From NCBI RefSeq assembly GCF_006345805.1, contig NC_043005.1:96348001-96412000 (forward strand): a stretch of DNA of 64,000 nt, read 5' to 3'. This stretch comes from Octopus sinensis (taxonomy: Eukaryota). Below, piece by piece: positions 12,200 through 25,543 of this stretch. Numbering within the stretch: position 1 is the first letter of the stretch; every line of letters begins with the position of its first letter. Both the position numbers and the translations under genes were made by a program. The notes under the pieces are model-generated. The model saw only the letters and a list, made by a program, of their open reading frames with translations, searched no databases and was not told the origin of the DNA.

Positions 12200-12606
12200 G
12201 ACAGTAGGATGAGATTTGAGAGAGATTTGCCTGCTATTTCTAACAGACCAAATAACTATATACAGGATCCCCTGTTCACTGCAGAGGTACTGTATAATTG
12301 AGAAGAATTTAAGTATTTGACAAAGCTGAGATCAAATGCTTGCTTGTTTATATCTTGGAGCAGTACTATCCACTAGTAAATAAGGCAGATTGGTTTTTGA
12401 TTATCTCTGATTAGAAAATTCAGGATTGGCATTATTTATCACAATATTGTGAGACAAATGAAAAGTGATTAGTTGATTAATTAAGGTTATTAAAATAGAA
12501 TATTGAAAAAATAGTCATTTAAACTGATCATTTCTCTAAAAATTATATTGAAATGTTTTTGTTTTTTAATTTTTAAATTTTTATTTTTTCTTTGTTTCAG
12601 TTTCAG

Positions 12607-12673
12607 AATGTCCTTACAAGATGATTTTAAGACACAGCCAGTTGGCACGGGAACTGAAATATGTTTATGATAG
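12607..12673 (+). CDS. NPRL3: NPRL3 exon (ECPYKMILRHSQLARELKYVYDS)
   Basis: TTTCAG acceptor, AG|GTATGT donor, 67 nt, phase 1 to 2. Matches human [22 protein letters not shown]. Confidence 0.92.
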
Positions 12674-14864
12674 GTATGTTCAATATTAATGGATATCAGC
12701 TCAGTTTGAAGGCTGAGTAAGTGGTCCAGTTATTTGATCAGTGGAACTATATACTCAATCTATGGTAGAGTGACTATAGAGTAAGGGACTGAATATTCCA
12801 CAGAAAATATGTATCCCTAATGGAATTCTCAGACAGAATCAGCATGGCACTGTGTGTGTGTGTGTGTGTGGCAAAGCTGGTCTTTTTGAATTACATGAAC
12901 AGTCCATGGCACCCAGACTTTCACCCAATTTCACAAGATTTGGATGGAAACCAAAAGAAGCCTAAGGACCCATCAAGCCAAGTGCACCCATGCTGGTGGC
13001 ACATAAAGAACATCTTTTGAATGTTGGGCCTGACGGAGGCAAAGTGGCTGAGTTCCTTTTGTCCCATTAAGCCAAGCAAAATCACAGTCATGATAGATAC
13101 TAGTGTCATGCAAATTGGCATGTAAACGCACCCTGGTGTTATGCAAATAGCACCCGTGCCAGTGGCATGTAAAAGCACCCATTACACTCTCAGTGTGGTT
13201 AGCATTAGGAAGGGCATCCAGCCATAGAAAACCATGCCAAATCAGACTGGTGCAGCCTTCCAGCATGCCAGCCCAGTCAAACTGTCCAACCCATGCCAGC
13301 ATGGGCAACAGATGTTAAATGATGATGATGTGTGTGTGTGTTTGTGTACATCCTTGTCTTGACAACATGTGTTGGTAGTAAATAAGCATCACAATCATAC
13401 AAGCAATGTTGGTCATTTCCAGTCTGCTGTGTAACATGTCTGACCAGGGGAAATATCTCCTGCTTGGAAACAGATGAGGGTTAACGACAGAAAGGATATC
13501 TGACCATAGAAAATCTGCTACAACAAATTTCATCTGATCTATGCAAGAATGGAAAAATGGACATCAAATGATGATAATGTATCATCATCATTTCTTGTGG
13601 CACAAGTACTACTGGCCTCTCTTTGTAACTGGCAAGACTAAGACCCCTTTTGGCTGAATGGAACTACAGAAGAGAGGAAGGCAGTTTTATGCTAGGTGTT
13701 ATATATGTGTGTATGTATGGAAAACTAATATATATGTGTGTGGATGTTCTGCGTGTGTATATATATATCTCTCTCTATATATATACATATGTGTGTGTGT
13801 ATGTATCAACCAAAAGATATTCACAACCATAGCTAAGATGGTATTAAAAAGTATAAAAACAAAATTGTAACAAAATCTTAAAAATGTACATTGTATATAT
13901 CTCTTAAATGCTAAAGGGAATCTGAATCAACTTATATATCATGCCTGAGGATTAGAAAAATATTGATAATCGTTTCTGTCTGTCTACCTGCACAGGTGTA
14001 TTTGTGTGTAGTGTATATTTCTTGTGAACCTTGCTAGAGAACCTGGTTCATATATCAATTTTGGCTGTTTCTCTTGCCTCGTTTATGTTCTTGGGAAAAT
14101 CATGAATATCGCAACTCCTGTTTCTTTTGTAAAGGCAATAGAACTGATCCCTTGTTGGATATGTCTTATTCTAAGAATGTCCATTATCCTTTAACATCTG
14201 TGTTTCCAGGATGACGGCAGTATATCACCACTTGTTTCAGTCTTTGTTATCTGAGGCACACAATCACAGAGAAAATAGCCAATTTTTGTCAGTTGTTATC
14301 TCTTGTGATTTTAGCATGATCTTACAGTAGGGACTCGGTGCAATTTGCATTTTATCATGTCACTATCACTAGAAAGATTGTTTGCCAAGACTGAAGAATC
14401 TTCTTTATCCTGTATCAGATATAACTAAGAGTAGCTGCCCTTTTGAGTGGGATGCTTTCACTGAAGTACACAATATACATAAAAGGTAAATGGGTTACTG
14501 GTGGTTTTGAGAATAAGTATGTAGTTATTTGATCAATTGAACTACTTGTTCATTGAATTAGTGTGTAAGTCAATGAAGTATTCTACAGACATGTACAGTC
14601 TTTAAAGTAATTCTTTGGTGAAATCAATGAGACATTGTGATAAAACTAAACCTTTAAATTACTAGTATAATCCATCCAGTATGTCTCCACACAGTTATTG
14701 CCTACCCAGTTTCACTCACAAACCATGGGTCAACCTATGGCTATTGGTAAAAGACATTTGCCCAAGATCCCACACGTTTAAAATCAATCTCTTGTTCATC
14801 ACTCCTTATTACAATGTGCTTGGAGGCACACACACACACACAAACACACAAACACACACACAGC

Positions 14865-15155
14865 CTTGTGGGGAGAAAAAAGGTGTTCCAGCAACCCATT
14901 GAAACCCAGATCTAGAGCAAGAAATGGGGATTGGCTTGGACATAGCCTGCGGAAACCTGTCTTCAAAATTACAAATCAAGCCTTCTGCTGGACACTCAAA
15001 GGTGACAGACTGAAAAAAAACCTGGTCCACAGAAACTGAAGCACTGACAGGAGGCGGTGACACCCAGATCCAAATGTGATGCATTGCCAAAGATCAAGGC
15101 AAATGGTGATCTCTTGTTGGTACCCTGTGCTCCACAAGGAGCCAACGGAATTAGC
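14865..15155 (+). mobile_element. RTE LINE 3' fragment
   Basis: Frameshifted WIGHSLRKP..NQAFCWTLKG..W.SLVGTLCSTRSQRN. Confidence 0.65.
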
Positions 15156-15236
15156 AAACACACGCACACACGAATAAATCCATGTATTTATTTGCTTATA
15201 AATTTGTTGCTGATTCTCTAAACTGTTTCCTTCCAG

Positions 15237-15345
15237 TCTTTGCAAAAATGGAATTGTTCATTTGTATGTCAACCACTGGGTTATGGTCAACTTCTGCTTA
15301 CCTCACAGAGTCCACTTAAATTCTCTCAACAACAAAGCATTAAAG
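15237..15345 (+). CDS. NPRL3: NPRL3 exon (LCKNGIVHLYVNHWVMVNFCLPHRVHLNSLNNKALK)
   Basis: TTCCAG acceptor, AAG|GTAAT donor, 109 nt, phase 2 to 0. Matches human [26 protein letters not shown]. Confidence 0.93.
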
Positions 15346-16953
15346 GTAATTAATTATTCCACTAATACAGTAGCTAAGTTGTAATGACACAGAGCCATTT
15401 GCCCTGATGTCATTACTTCATTTATTTATTTCTTTATTGCCCACAAGGGGCTAAACATAGAGGGGACAAACAAGGACAGGCGAAGGGGTTAAGTCGATTA
15501 CATCAACCCCAGTGCATAACTAGTACTTAATTTATCACCCTGAAAGGATGAAAGGCGACCTCAGCTGAATTTGAACTCAGAACGTAACGACAGACGAAAT
15601 ACGGCTACGCATTTCGCCCACCGTATTAACGTTTCTGCCAGCTCGCCGCCTTACTTCATTTATTACTGTTGATATGATACTGTATCTTTAAGCAAAGTTC
15701 ACGTCTCTGTATGACCCTAATCATCATCATTTAATGTCCACTTTTCCATGCTTGCATGGGTCAGATGCAGATGTTCTATGGTCAGGTGACCTTTCTTGTC
15801 ATCGACCCTTACCTGTTGAAGGCTGGAAACAAACAACATTGCTTACTCTGTGGAGTGGTTGGCATTTCCTACCCATGCCAGCTGGAAAGCAGACATTAAA
15901 TGAATAATAATAATAATGGTGATTGGGTAGAAAGTTGTGAGCTGGCAGAATCATTAGCATGCCAGGCAAAATGCTTTGTGGCATTTTGTCCCACTTTATG
16001 TTCTGGGCTCAAATTTTTCTGAGGTCAACTTTGCCCTCCATCCTTTCAGTGTCAACAAGATAAGTTCTAATTGAAGCACTGGATTGATTTAATCATCTTA
16101 CTCCCTCCCCAAAATTGCTGGCTTTGTGTCAAAATTTGAAAACATTACATTCTGAATTTGAATGCTATCAAGGTCATCTATGCCTTTCATCCTTTTGAGG
16201 TTGATAAAATAAGTACCTGTGGATCATTGGGTTCAATGTAATTGACTTATCCCTTTCCCCCAAATTTTAGGCTTTTTGCCTAAAGTTGCAAGAATTGTTT
16301 GTTCTGGGTTTTTTTTTAATGTTCTGAGTTCAAATCCTGCCGTGATCATTTCATCTTTCAAACTTTGAGGATCAGTCAAATACTTTAAACTGATTAAACC
16401 TTGATGTCAATATGATCAACTTTTCCACTTTCCACAAATTTCCAGTCTTGTGCTTCTGTTGAAATTCTTTATTATTAAAACTATTATATCACTGGTTTAG
16501 AGAAATTGTAGAACTTGTTATTTGTTAAAAATACTTAATCGTGTAATTATTATTTTCTGATATGATATGTGTAAAAGCACATGGCCTTCTGGTTAGGGTG
16601 TTGCATTTAGGGTTGCAAGGTTGTACTTTGATTCCCAAACTGGAGATGCATTGTGTTCTTGAGCAAAACACTTCGTGTTGTTCCTGTGAATGGGTAATCT
16701 TGGTGTGGACTGGCATTCTGTCCTGTAGGGAATGTTGGCTTGCTTGCCTAACCATTGAGGTGACGTCATTTGAAGGTTATAACAATGCAATGAAGCACAT
16801 TATGACAAGCAATGCATAATCACATTTGATAGTCTTGTTGATATAGTGATATGAATTATATTCATTATATCCAGTGTTATTTAATTTAGGTCAGCCCTAA
16901 TCAAACAGACGTCAGTGACATATAGTTGACTTTTTTTTTTTGTATAATTTCAG

Positions 16954-16988
16954 CCTGAAGCAATTGACAAATGTTTAGAATCCCTAAG
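16954..16988 (+). CDS. NPRL3: NPRL3 35-nt mini-exon (PEAIDKCLESLR)
   Basis: Poly-T...TTTCAG acceptor, AAG|GTAAAT donor. Required to restore phase 0 to 2. Matches human PEAIERSLKAIR. Confidence 0.9.
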
Positions 16989-17779
16989 GTAAATATCTTG
17001 TTTCTCAATTATTAGTACCATTTTTTTTCCAGCATGCAAGTCAATGTAGTGTATTTGCCAACATTCAAAACATTGTCACTATCTTTGCAAATCCTGTTGC
17101 ATTTCACATGGAATTTGTGGTCCTCCAAAGTCATCTTGGTGTATAAGTTGTCTTCCCATTTTTGGCTGGGAAATTGGGTCTGAAAAATTCAACTTGTAGG
17201 CTAAAAAGTACAGTAAATATTTTGATATCTGATTGTTTGTTAATCCTTTAGTTTTCCTAATGCTCTGATGTTAGACATCTTTTACTTATTTCAGTTACTA
17301 GACTATGGTCATGCTGGAGTACCACCTTGAATTTTTAGTCAAATGAATCAACCCCCAGTACTTTCTTTTATAAGAAGTGATACATATTGTATCTTTCTCT
17401 TTTGCCAAACTACTAAGTTACACATCAACATCAGTTGTGCTGCTTTGACTGGCTATGCCAGTGCCGTCTTGACTGGCTTCCATGCCGGTGGCACATAAAA
17501 AGCACCAACCGATCGTGGCCGCTGCCAGCCTCCCCTGGCACCTGTGCTGGTGGCACGTAAAAAGCACACACTATACTCACGGAGTGGTTGGCGTCAGGAA
17601 GGGCACCCAGCAGTAGAAACACTGCCAGATCAGACTGGAGCCTAGTGCAGCCTCCTGGCTTCCCAGACCCCGATCGAACCATCCAACCCGTGTTAACATG
17701 GAAAACGGACGTTAAACGATGATGATGATGATAATATATATATATACATACATATACACGCACACACACGCACACACAC

Positions 17780-17858
<79 letters not shown>

Positions 17859-19126
17859 CCATGCTAGCATGGAAAACGGACGTTAAACGATGATGATGAT
17901 ATATGATGAGCTTCTTTCAGTTTCTGTCTACCAAATCCACTCACAAGGCTTTGGTTGGCCCGAGGACATAGCAGAAGACACTTGCCCAAGGTGCCACGCA
18001 GTGGGACTGAACCGGGAACCATGTGGTTGGGAAGCAAGCTTCTTGTTGATATATTCATATAAAGTTAGATTTATTTGAATTTTTATTGTTTAGCATTCTT
18101 CATGCTGGTGCTTTATGATATATTGATGTGCTCATAGCTGTTGTATTTAACATTTTACTAGTCATAGGATATCATGGTTGCTTTGACAGGTTAGACAGAG
18201 TTTATTGAGATAGATTTCTTTATGATCAGGTGCCCTTTCTGTCACCAACCTTTACCTGTTTCCAAGCAGACAGATTGATGTGATTGCAACAGCAGTCAAA
18301 ATGTAATTAGCTGCTAGTGCCGGTGTTACTGTTCTTTCGTTGTTTAGCATCTGTCATCTTGGCTCAGCTGCTGTTCACAGTCTTTTTTCTGTCTGTCTTA
18401 AGTAGCCAAAGTGTGCTGAATTTTTATTGAAAGAAGCTTGCCAAAAGATGAAATTGTTGTTGGTGCTTGTTCTATGAGAAATCGTGATTGGTCAGATTTT
18501 CTTTTTTTTTTTATGTTGGTAATATTCTAATGAATTGTGGCATTGGATATAATAATCTGATTGCTAACATTCCTGCTACAATAACATCAATAGAATTGGA
18601 TGTTGATATATTGATGTCAAAATATGTGAATTTCATCTCTCCATGTTCATTATATACAACATAAATGTAATGCATCTAATCTAAAGTATAGTTCTTTAGT
18701 ATTCATAGTTATAAACATCAACATCAAAAAATCAAATGGAAATTGTAGTTGTGATACCTGTGCCGGTGGCATGTAAAAAGTGCCATCCGAATGTGGCCGA
18801 TGCCAGCGCCGCTTTGACTGGCTTCCGTGCCAGTTGCACATAAAAAGCACCAACTGATCGTGGCCGTTGCCAGCCTCGCCTGGCATGTAAAAAGCACCCA
18901 CTACACTCACGGAGTGGTTGGCGTTGGGAAGGGCATCCAGCTGTAGAAACACTGCCAGATCAGACTGGAGCCTGGTGCAGCCTCCTGGCTTCCCAGACCC
19001 CGGTCAAACCGTCCAACCCATGCTAGCATGGAAAACGGACGTTAAACGATGGTGATGATGATAAACTTGTTAGATATATTAAAATTCAGTGATTTCTTGT
19101 TATATGTTTTGTTCCCTTTGTTGTAG

Positions 19127-19283
19127 GCCCTATCATGGTATACTACTTCTGGTTGACTGTGACACTCTTCTGAAATCCTTACCGATTGACTGTTCTCCAA
19201 CTTTAGTTAGACTTATCAGCTGTGTAAACCCTACAAAGAACCTTCAGACTCTCTCTTTAGATGCTGATCTCAGTTTGTCTCAG
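19127..19283 (+). CDS. NPRL3: NPRL3 exon ([30 protein letters not shown]...[16 protein letters not shown])
   Basis: TGTAG acceptor, CAG|GTAATG donor, 157 nt. Matches human PYHALLLL...LPIDCSPALVRVI...KNLQQLAQDADLALLQ. Confidence 0.96.
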
Positions 19284-19834
19284 GTAATGAGTTCTTCAGT
19301 TCTTTTTTTACCGTTTGTAGCCATTTTATTCATCTTTTTTTTCATGCTTGCATTAACTGAGTAGTTTATTTGTTGAAAAAATTGTTTTCATTGCAACTAT
19401 GTGCCTTCTTACTGCTAACTTACACAACTGTGGAGTAGGAGTAAAGCATGTTCATAAGAATGTTATAATTTGCTTGAAACATTGCAGACAATATAAAAAC
19501 AATATAAAAACAGTGATGCTGAGAGCAACAACAATGCAGTTTGATGAAAATTAAATATGAATAAGAACAAGAACATAGATTGAGCTTTTACTTTGAGAAA
19601 AAATTTATAATCTTTATATTTTGTGTAAAAATGCCTCTTATCAAAGTATGAAATGAATAAGAGGATGTCTGGTTTGTTTGTTGTGTCTGGTTTGGTAAGA
19701 GATTTTTTTACCTGAAATAAAAGGATTAAGATAAAATTTCAACTTTTCTTATATCCAATTGTCCTCCATTTGCATCACATTTTTATATAAATTGATTTAT
19801 CAAATAAATTCATATTGGTGTATTTTTTCACTAG

Positions 19835-19941
19835 GTTTTCCGTTTGGTCAGCCATTTAGTTTACTGGGCTAAAGCAATGATCATTTACCCTCTTTGTGAA
19901 AATAATATGTATGTCTTGTCTCCTCATACAAACCCTATTAG
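19835..19941 (+). CDS. NPRL3: NPRL3 exon ([35 protein letters not shown])
   Basis: CTAG acceptor, AG|GTAAGT donor, 107 nt. Matches human [24 protein letters not shown]. Confidence 0.96.
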
Positions 19942-21236
19942 GTAAGTCTTTTATCTTGTATTTGAGAGATTATTTTTTAAAATTATATTTATTTATTAAT
20001 TTAATATTGCATTTGGTGAGCAATAGTGTTATTGACTGTTTCTGCAACTCAAGTAAAGCAAATACAGTTCAGGATGTTTCTGGTTTTAAAAGCACCATTT
20101 TTGTTTTTGCTGACGTTTATTTATATACACGTACAGGCTCAGGTGTGGCTGCACAGTTGCATGGTACGAAGTTTGCTTCTTAACCACATGATAGCCAGTT
20201 CAGTCCCATTGCTTGGCACCTAGGAAAAATGTCTTCTAATATAGCCTTGGACCAACTAAAGCCTTGTTAGTGGATTTGGCAGATGGAAACTGAAAGAACA
20301 CTTTATATATATATATATACCTATGTGTGTGTGTGTCTGTCCCCCACTACACTGCTTGACAACCGGTGTTGGTGTGTTTACATCCCCATAAATTAATGGT
20401 TTGGCAAGGAGACCGATAGAAGAAGTACCAGGTTTAAAAAAAGAAGTACTGGGTCAGTTCATTTGACTAAAAATTCTTAGGTGCAGTGCCCCAGCATGGT
20501 CACAGTCTAATGACTGAAACAAGTAAAAGATAATAGAAAATGTACACATATCGCTGTGCTGGCGGCACGTAAAATAGCACCCACTACACTCATGGAGTGG
20601 TTGGTGTTAGGAAGGGCATCCAGCTGTAGAAACAATGCCAGGTCAGACTGGATCCTGGTGCAGCGTCCTGGCTTCCCAGACCCCGGTCGAACCGTCCAAC
20701 CCATGCTAGCATGGAAAACGGACATTAAACGATGATGATATCGTGTGTACATGATATGTACACTCTAAGGCGGCGAGCTGGCAGGAACGTTAGCACACCG
20801 GGCGAAATGCTTAGCGGTATTGCATCTGTTGTTGCGTTCTGAGTTCAAATTCCGCCGAGGTCGACTTTGTCTTTCATCCTTTTGGGGTCGATAAATTAAG
20901 TACCAGTTACGCACTGGGGTCGATGTAATTGACTTAATCCGTTTGTCTGTCCTTGTTTGTCCCCTCTATGTGTAGCCCCTTGTGGGCAATAAAGAAACAG
21001 ATATGTACACTCATATACATATTTATGCTTCTTAGAAAGGAGCGAGAGAGAGAGAGAGAGAGATTCAGCTTGTGTTGAAACCAGCATTGCATGGTTCCAA
21101 ACCATTCAGCCATGCTTTTGTCAATGGCATGTTTTTATTTTCATTGTTGTTACCATTGAACATCCAATTCTTCATATACTGCACTTACATGTTATTTTCT
21201 GTCGTTTATTCTGTGAACCGATTTCTTTTTTGGCAG

Positions 21237-21366
21237 CAATGTACATTTGGTTGAGCTGTTTGAGAGAGATTTTCCGAATGAAAGTTTACCAGTTGTTCTT
21301 TCCAAATATTCCCTCCCAATTCGGATGAATGAATATCGAGATGCTCTGGACACATCGCAGAAACAG
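21237..21366 (+). CDS. NPRL3: NPRL3 exon (NVHLVELFERDFPNESLPVVLSKYSLPIRMNEYRDALDTSQKQ)
   Basis: GGCAG acceptor, CAG|GTAAAT donor, 130 nt. Matches human [28 protein letters not shown]. Confidence 0.92.
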
Positions 21367-21561
21367 GTAAATTCATCCTTTTAAATTAATCTTTTACAGC
21401 ATTAAAAAACTTTTTTTCTCCTAAAGAATTTAAATTGGCTGTTATCATTCATTTATTCTACATCTCGCTCACAGTAATGTTTGTTGTTGTTGTAATAGTA
21501 ATTTGTCTTCCTCCTCCTCCTTCTCCTCCTATTTAGCATTTCCACCATTTTGTTGTTACAG

Positions 21562-21796
21562 AGTCAGAAGTGTAAACTGGTCGTATGGATGCTGCAACAC
21601 CAGATATTGATCCAGCTCCACACGTACATCTTCTTGTCTGTGCCCACGCAAAAGAGCAAGAAGAAGAAACTAACAGATTCCCTCTTGTCGTCCACACCAC
21701 TGTCACAGTGTCTCCTCGGTAGGAGCATCCCTGATGTCACCATTGATGAAAACTGCGTGCTAGAGAGGACTCAGAGTTCTTCAGATATTGCATCAG
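21562..21796 (+). CDS. NPRL3: NPRL3 exon (SQKCKLVVWMLQHQILIQLHTYIFL...SSSDIAS)
   Basis: TACAG acceptor, CAG|GTATGA donor, 235 nt, phase 0 to 1. Matches human MVVWMLQRRLLIQLHTYV. Confidence 0.93.
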
Positions 21797-22522
21797 GTAT
21801 GAACAGGGATGCTATAGCCATAACTCTCTCTCCCTCATACACACATCTATACATATGAGTCTGGCGTCTTTGCTGCATTCGTTTAGCTTCCTTTAGTGTT
21901 TTCCTGGACGGACATTATTTTTCCCTATCAAAATAAAATTCAAATGTTTTATAAAATAGGGTAGTATAAAGCACTCATGTTGGTGCCATTTAAAAGTGCC
22001 TGTGTGATACCACGTAAAAAGTGCCATCGTGGTACCATGTAAAAGCACGCAGCACACTCTGTAAAGTGGTTGGTGTTAGGAAGGGCATCCAGCCATAGAA
22101 ACGATCTCAAATCAGACTTGAGTCTGGTGCAGCTCCCCAGCTTGTCAGCTCTGGCCAAACTGTCCAACCCATGCTGGCATGGAGAACAAATGTTAAATGA
22201 TGATGATGATGGTGAAAGTAGATTATTTATATTAACTTCATTTTCAATTGAAGAGTACAATAAATTCATGAATCTGACAACAAATACTCTTACAAAGCAT
22301 TATGCTAAGCTTTCATTACACACACATGTAAATCTGTGTATATGTATGTGGTCACACACACGACTGTGTGTACATTTATGCATTCACAAATATGATTGTA
22401 CTTACATTATTTACAATTGACGGATATTTGTCCTCATCTTGTTTGTTGTTAACACAATCTTTCGGCTGATATACCCTCCAGCTTTCATTAGGTATCTTAG
22501 TGAATTTCAAAATTTCCCCGAG

Positions 22523-22566
22523 GCACCTGATGAAGGCTGGTGGGTATATTAGCCGAAACATTGTGT
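22523..22566 (+). ncRNA. Minimal hammerhead motif, family D (probably decayed)
   Basis: GCAC-CUGAUGA-A-GGCU..AGCC-GAAA-CA-UU-GUGU. Right arm of an imperfect palindrome (about 22400-22615). Confidence 0.6.
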
Positions 22567-22989
22567 TAACAACAAACAAGATGACAAATATCTGTCAATT
22601 GTAAATAATGTACATAATTCCTCATCTCTTTAGAACTGATTGTATTTGTGCATTCACTTACACACTTAGTGTTGGATGCTAACATTCACTTTTTCATGCT
22701 TGCATTGGTCAGACAAGGTTTATTAAGGCAGATTTTCTATGGCTGGATGCTCTTCCTGTTGACAACCATCACCTGTTTCCAAGCAAGATATTTCCCCATG
22801 GACCTACATATTTTCACAGAAATGACCATATAATGGTTTCTTCATTCACTCATTGCCTAGATGTCTAGAATTTTGATCATGCATGTGTGTTGCTGTTGTA
22901 GAGCCAAGATCAACTTTGATGAACAAACCTATGGCATGTAGACAGTCAAATGAATAATGAGGCATGACCCACAAACTTATTGTGTCAGA

Positions 22990-23520
22990 TACAGAGTACA
23001 TTCCAGAAGTTTTCAGACTTTTTCGGGAGTGACATTTATTAATTTCAAGGAAGTACAAAACCCAAATCTCCTTCAAAGTAGGATCCTCTGACTGCAATGC
23101 ACTTTTAGCACTCAGCTGTTTCATAAACATCACTCAGTACTTTGGGAACAGACTTTGCACATGTTCAGATCTTCAGGAACAATTCTGTGTACAGTTGCCA
23201 CATCCACTTCAATCTGGATGCTTATTGCTTTTATAAAGACATAGGAGTTTGCATCTTGAAAATTGTTCCTTTTCTTAACCAGCTCTACTGTTCTGGTGTT
23301 CCTCTCCCTTCTACACATCATCATATCTCACCTCATCCCTACCATCCTTGCACCTTGTGCCCACAAAAAAGTTCATCCATTAGAGTATGGAGCATTTCAT
23401 AAATTTCCACAGCATTTTTGCCCAGTTTAGCACAAAACTTTATTGCATATCAAGCTTCTAAATGTCCTGGTTGCATTCTGCAAACTGGTTAGCGCTTCAC
23501 AAGCAGTGTTTAGTAGGGTG
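22990..23520 (-). mobile_element. Internally deleted mariner/Tc1 relic
   Basis: VATVHRIVPEDLNMCKVCS (HTH region leading to WVP) joined almost directly to KCIAVRGSYFEGD (mariner C-terminus). Confidence 0.6.
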
Positions 23521-23949
23521 TGTTCAAAGTGTTGTTGCAGCCATCTCCTTCATTCTGGAATAACCAAAATTGTTAGGTCAGCTTATTAGATGTATTGTAA
23601 TGATATACTAAAATTACAATAATCTAGGCCAGTTATAACTGCCTCTCCTAAACAAGTCTTAAACCTTCTGGAATACACCTCAAATACCATGTCTTTGCTC
23701 AGATGTAGTCTACACCGCTAACTTTCACGTACAGTAGTTAATCATAAAGAGTGTGATCTAATAGCCACCACTGTCTATTATTCTCTTTTCACCAGTTGCA
23801 CTCTCTCCATGAGCTGCTCTCTCTCTCTCTCTTTTTCTATTCCTCCACACCCCTCTCTGGATGTCTGGCTTCAAGCAGCAGCAAATTAACTGATAAAAGA
23901 AAAGATTCATAGACTCTAGTTCAAAGTCACAAACACCTTGCATTTTGTT

Positions 23950-24468
23950 TGAATAAAATCAGTGGTAGCTGCAGCAGACAGGCAGGCTTTGTTGTCATGC
24001 AACAGGATAGTGTTGTGGTAGTGTTCTGATGTATGTATATGTTTTACACACACACACACAAACAAACAAGTTACTATGTTGAATGTAGAGAATGACTGAG
24101 ATAAAGGGAGTGTCTAGCAGTATGGTAGAGAAGGCAATTAAAAACTTGAAAACTGGGAAAGCCCTTGGTCCATCTGGAATCACAGTAAGGTAGGATTTGG
24201 GCTGGTCACCTGTATAGTTAATCAGGTCATTCAGGAAGGTGTAATACCCAGTGACTGGCAGAGCAGTATAATTGTTAGCTGCTATTATAGAGGCATCAAA
24301 CTCCTAGATCAGGTGATGAAAATCATGGAAAGAATTATTGCTCAATTAATTAGGAGCAGAATTAGGCTAGATGAAATGCAGTTCGGCTTTGTCTAGGGAA
24401 GAAGTACTACTGACACTATTTCATAGTCAGGTAACTGTAAGAGAAGTACTTAGCTAAGAATAAACATG
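23950..24468 (+). mobile_element. RTE-clade LINE RT fragment
   Basis: GKALGPSGI..VIPSDWQSSIIV..YRGIKLLDQVMKIMERII..LDEMQFGF..GRSTTDTI, with stops. Confidence 0.8.
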
Positions 24469-25543
24469 CATATTTAGGAGTGATTGCATTTGTAAAGGCA
24501 GGGATTGCATGGGTGGGCTGGAATTTGCTGAGGCAAGAAAGTATCTTCCTCCTGTGTTATTTTTGGTGCTTATATATTTGTTATTGTTTAAATATAAGTG
24601 CATCATTTGCAGTGGGGCACCACATGCTTGTTTTTTCAAAATTACTCAACAAAAACCTTGATTTTAATAGGATCAACTAAGAACCATAAATTTATTGATA
24701 CACAGTGTCTTATGATTGTGGAAGACATTTTAGTAAAAAAAAAATTAAAATAACCCAAAGCTATCTTCTGTAAACAGTGAAGCACAAAAAACAAATATTC
24801 AAGGCTTTACAACTGTAGCTTCTCAGGTTACCTTTGAATTCTGTTTATCAAGCAGACTATAAGGCCAAACAACATGAAGTAAGAACAACTTCAAACCCAA
24901 AAATGCAGATGTGGATTTTAAACCAGGTCATAATAATGAGTGGAAAACATTTAAAGCATAGACATTTTAGTAATATAATATGAAGCTACAGATAGAAGAT
25001 ATATTCCTGCTTAGAACAGACCATACTTGGCAGAACTACTCCCCATTTATATAAATTAAATATTTCAAACTAACAACTTCAGCAGTCCTCTTCTCTGAGT
25101 AAGTTGAACACTCTTGAACAAAAGAGAAAGTATTATGTAATGTTGGGTTTCTCAACTTACAAATGTGCTCTACTAGCTTAGAACTGAGTGCTCTCATCTT
25201 TATGCAACCTATATCATCTGTTCATTTGTTTTATATTTGTTTTCCCATTTTTCTTGTGCTAGAAAATATAAGTACCATCATCATCATTTAACATCCATGC
25301 TGGCATGTTAATATATTTATTTATGTGACTTTGTGTGTGTGGAACCATTAATCCCAATGTTTTTTTCTCTCTCTCCATTTCTTTTTTCTGTTGAAGTGTG
25401 TAGGCTTGAAACGTCAAAGACTTTTCCATTTTTCATGACCTTCAAACTAATATACCTTGCTTGTTGTTCCTTCATCTGTCTCTGTCTTTTGTTTTTTGGT
25501 CATTTGAACAACACACACATATATTTATCTTTTATGTTTTCAG

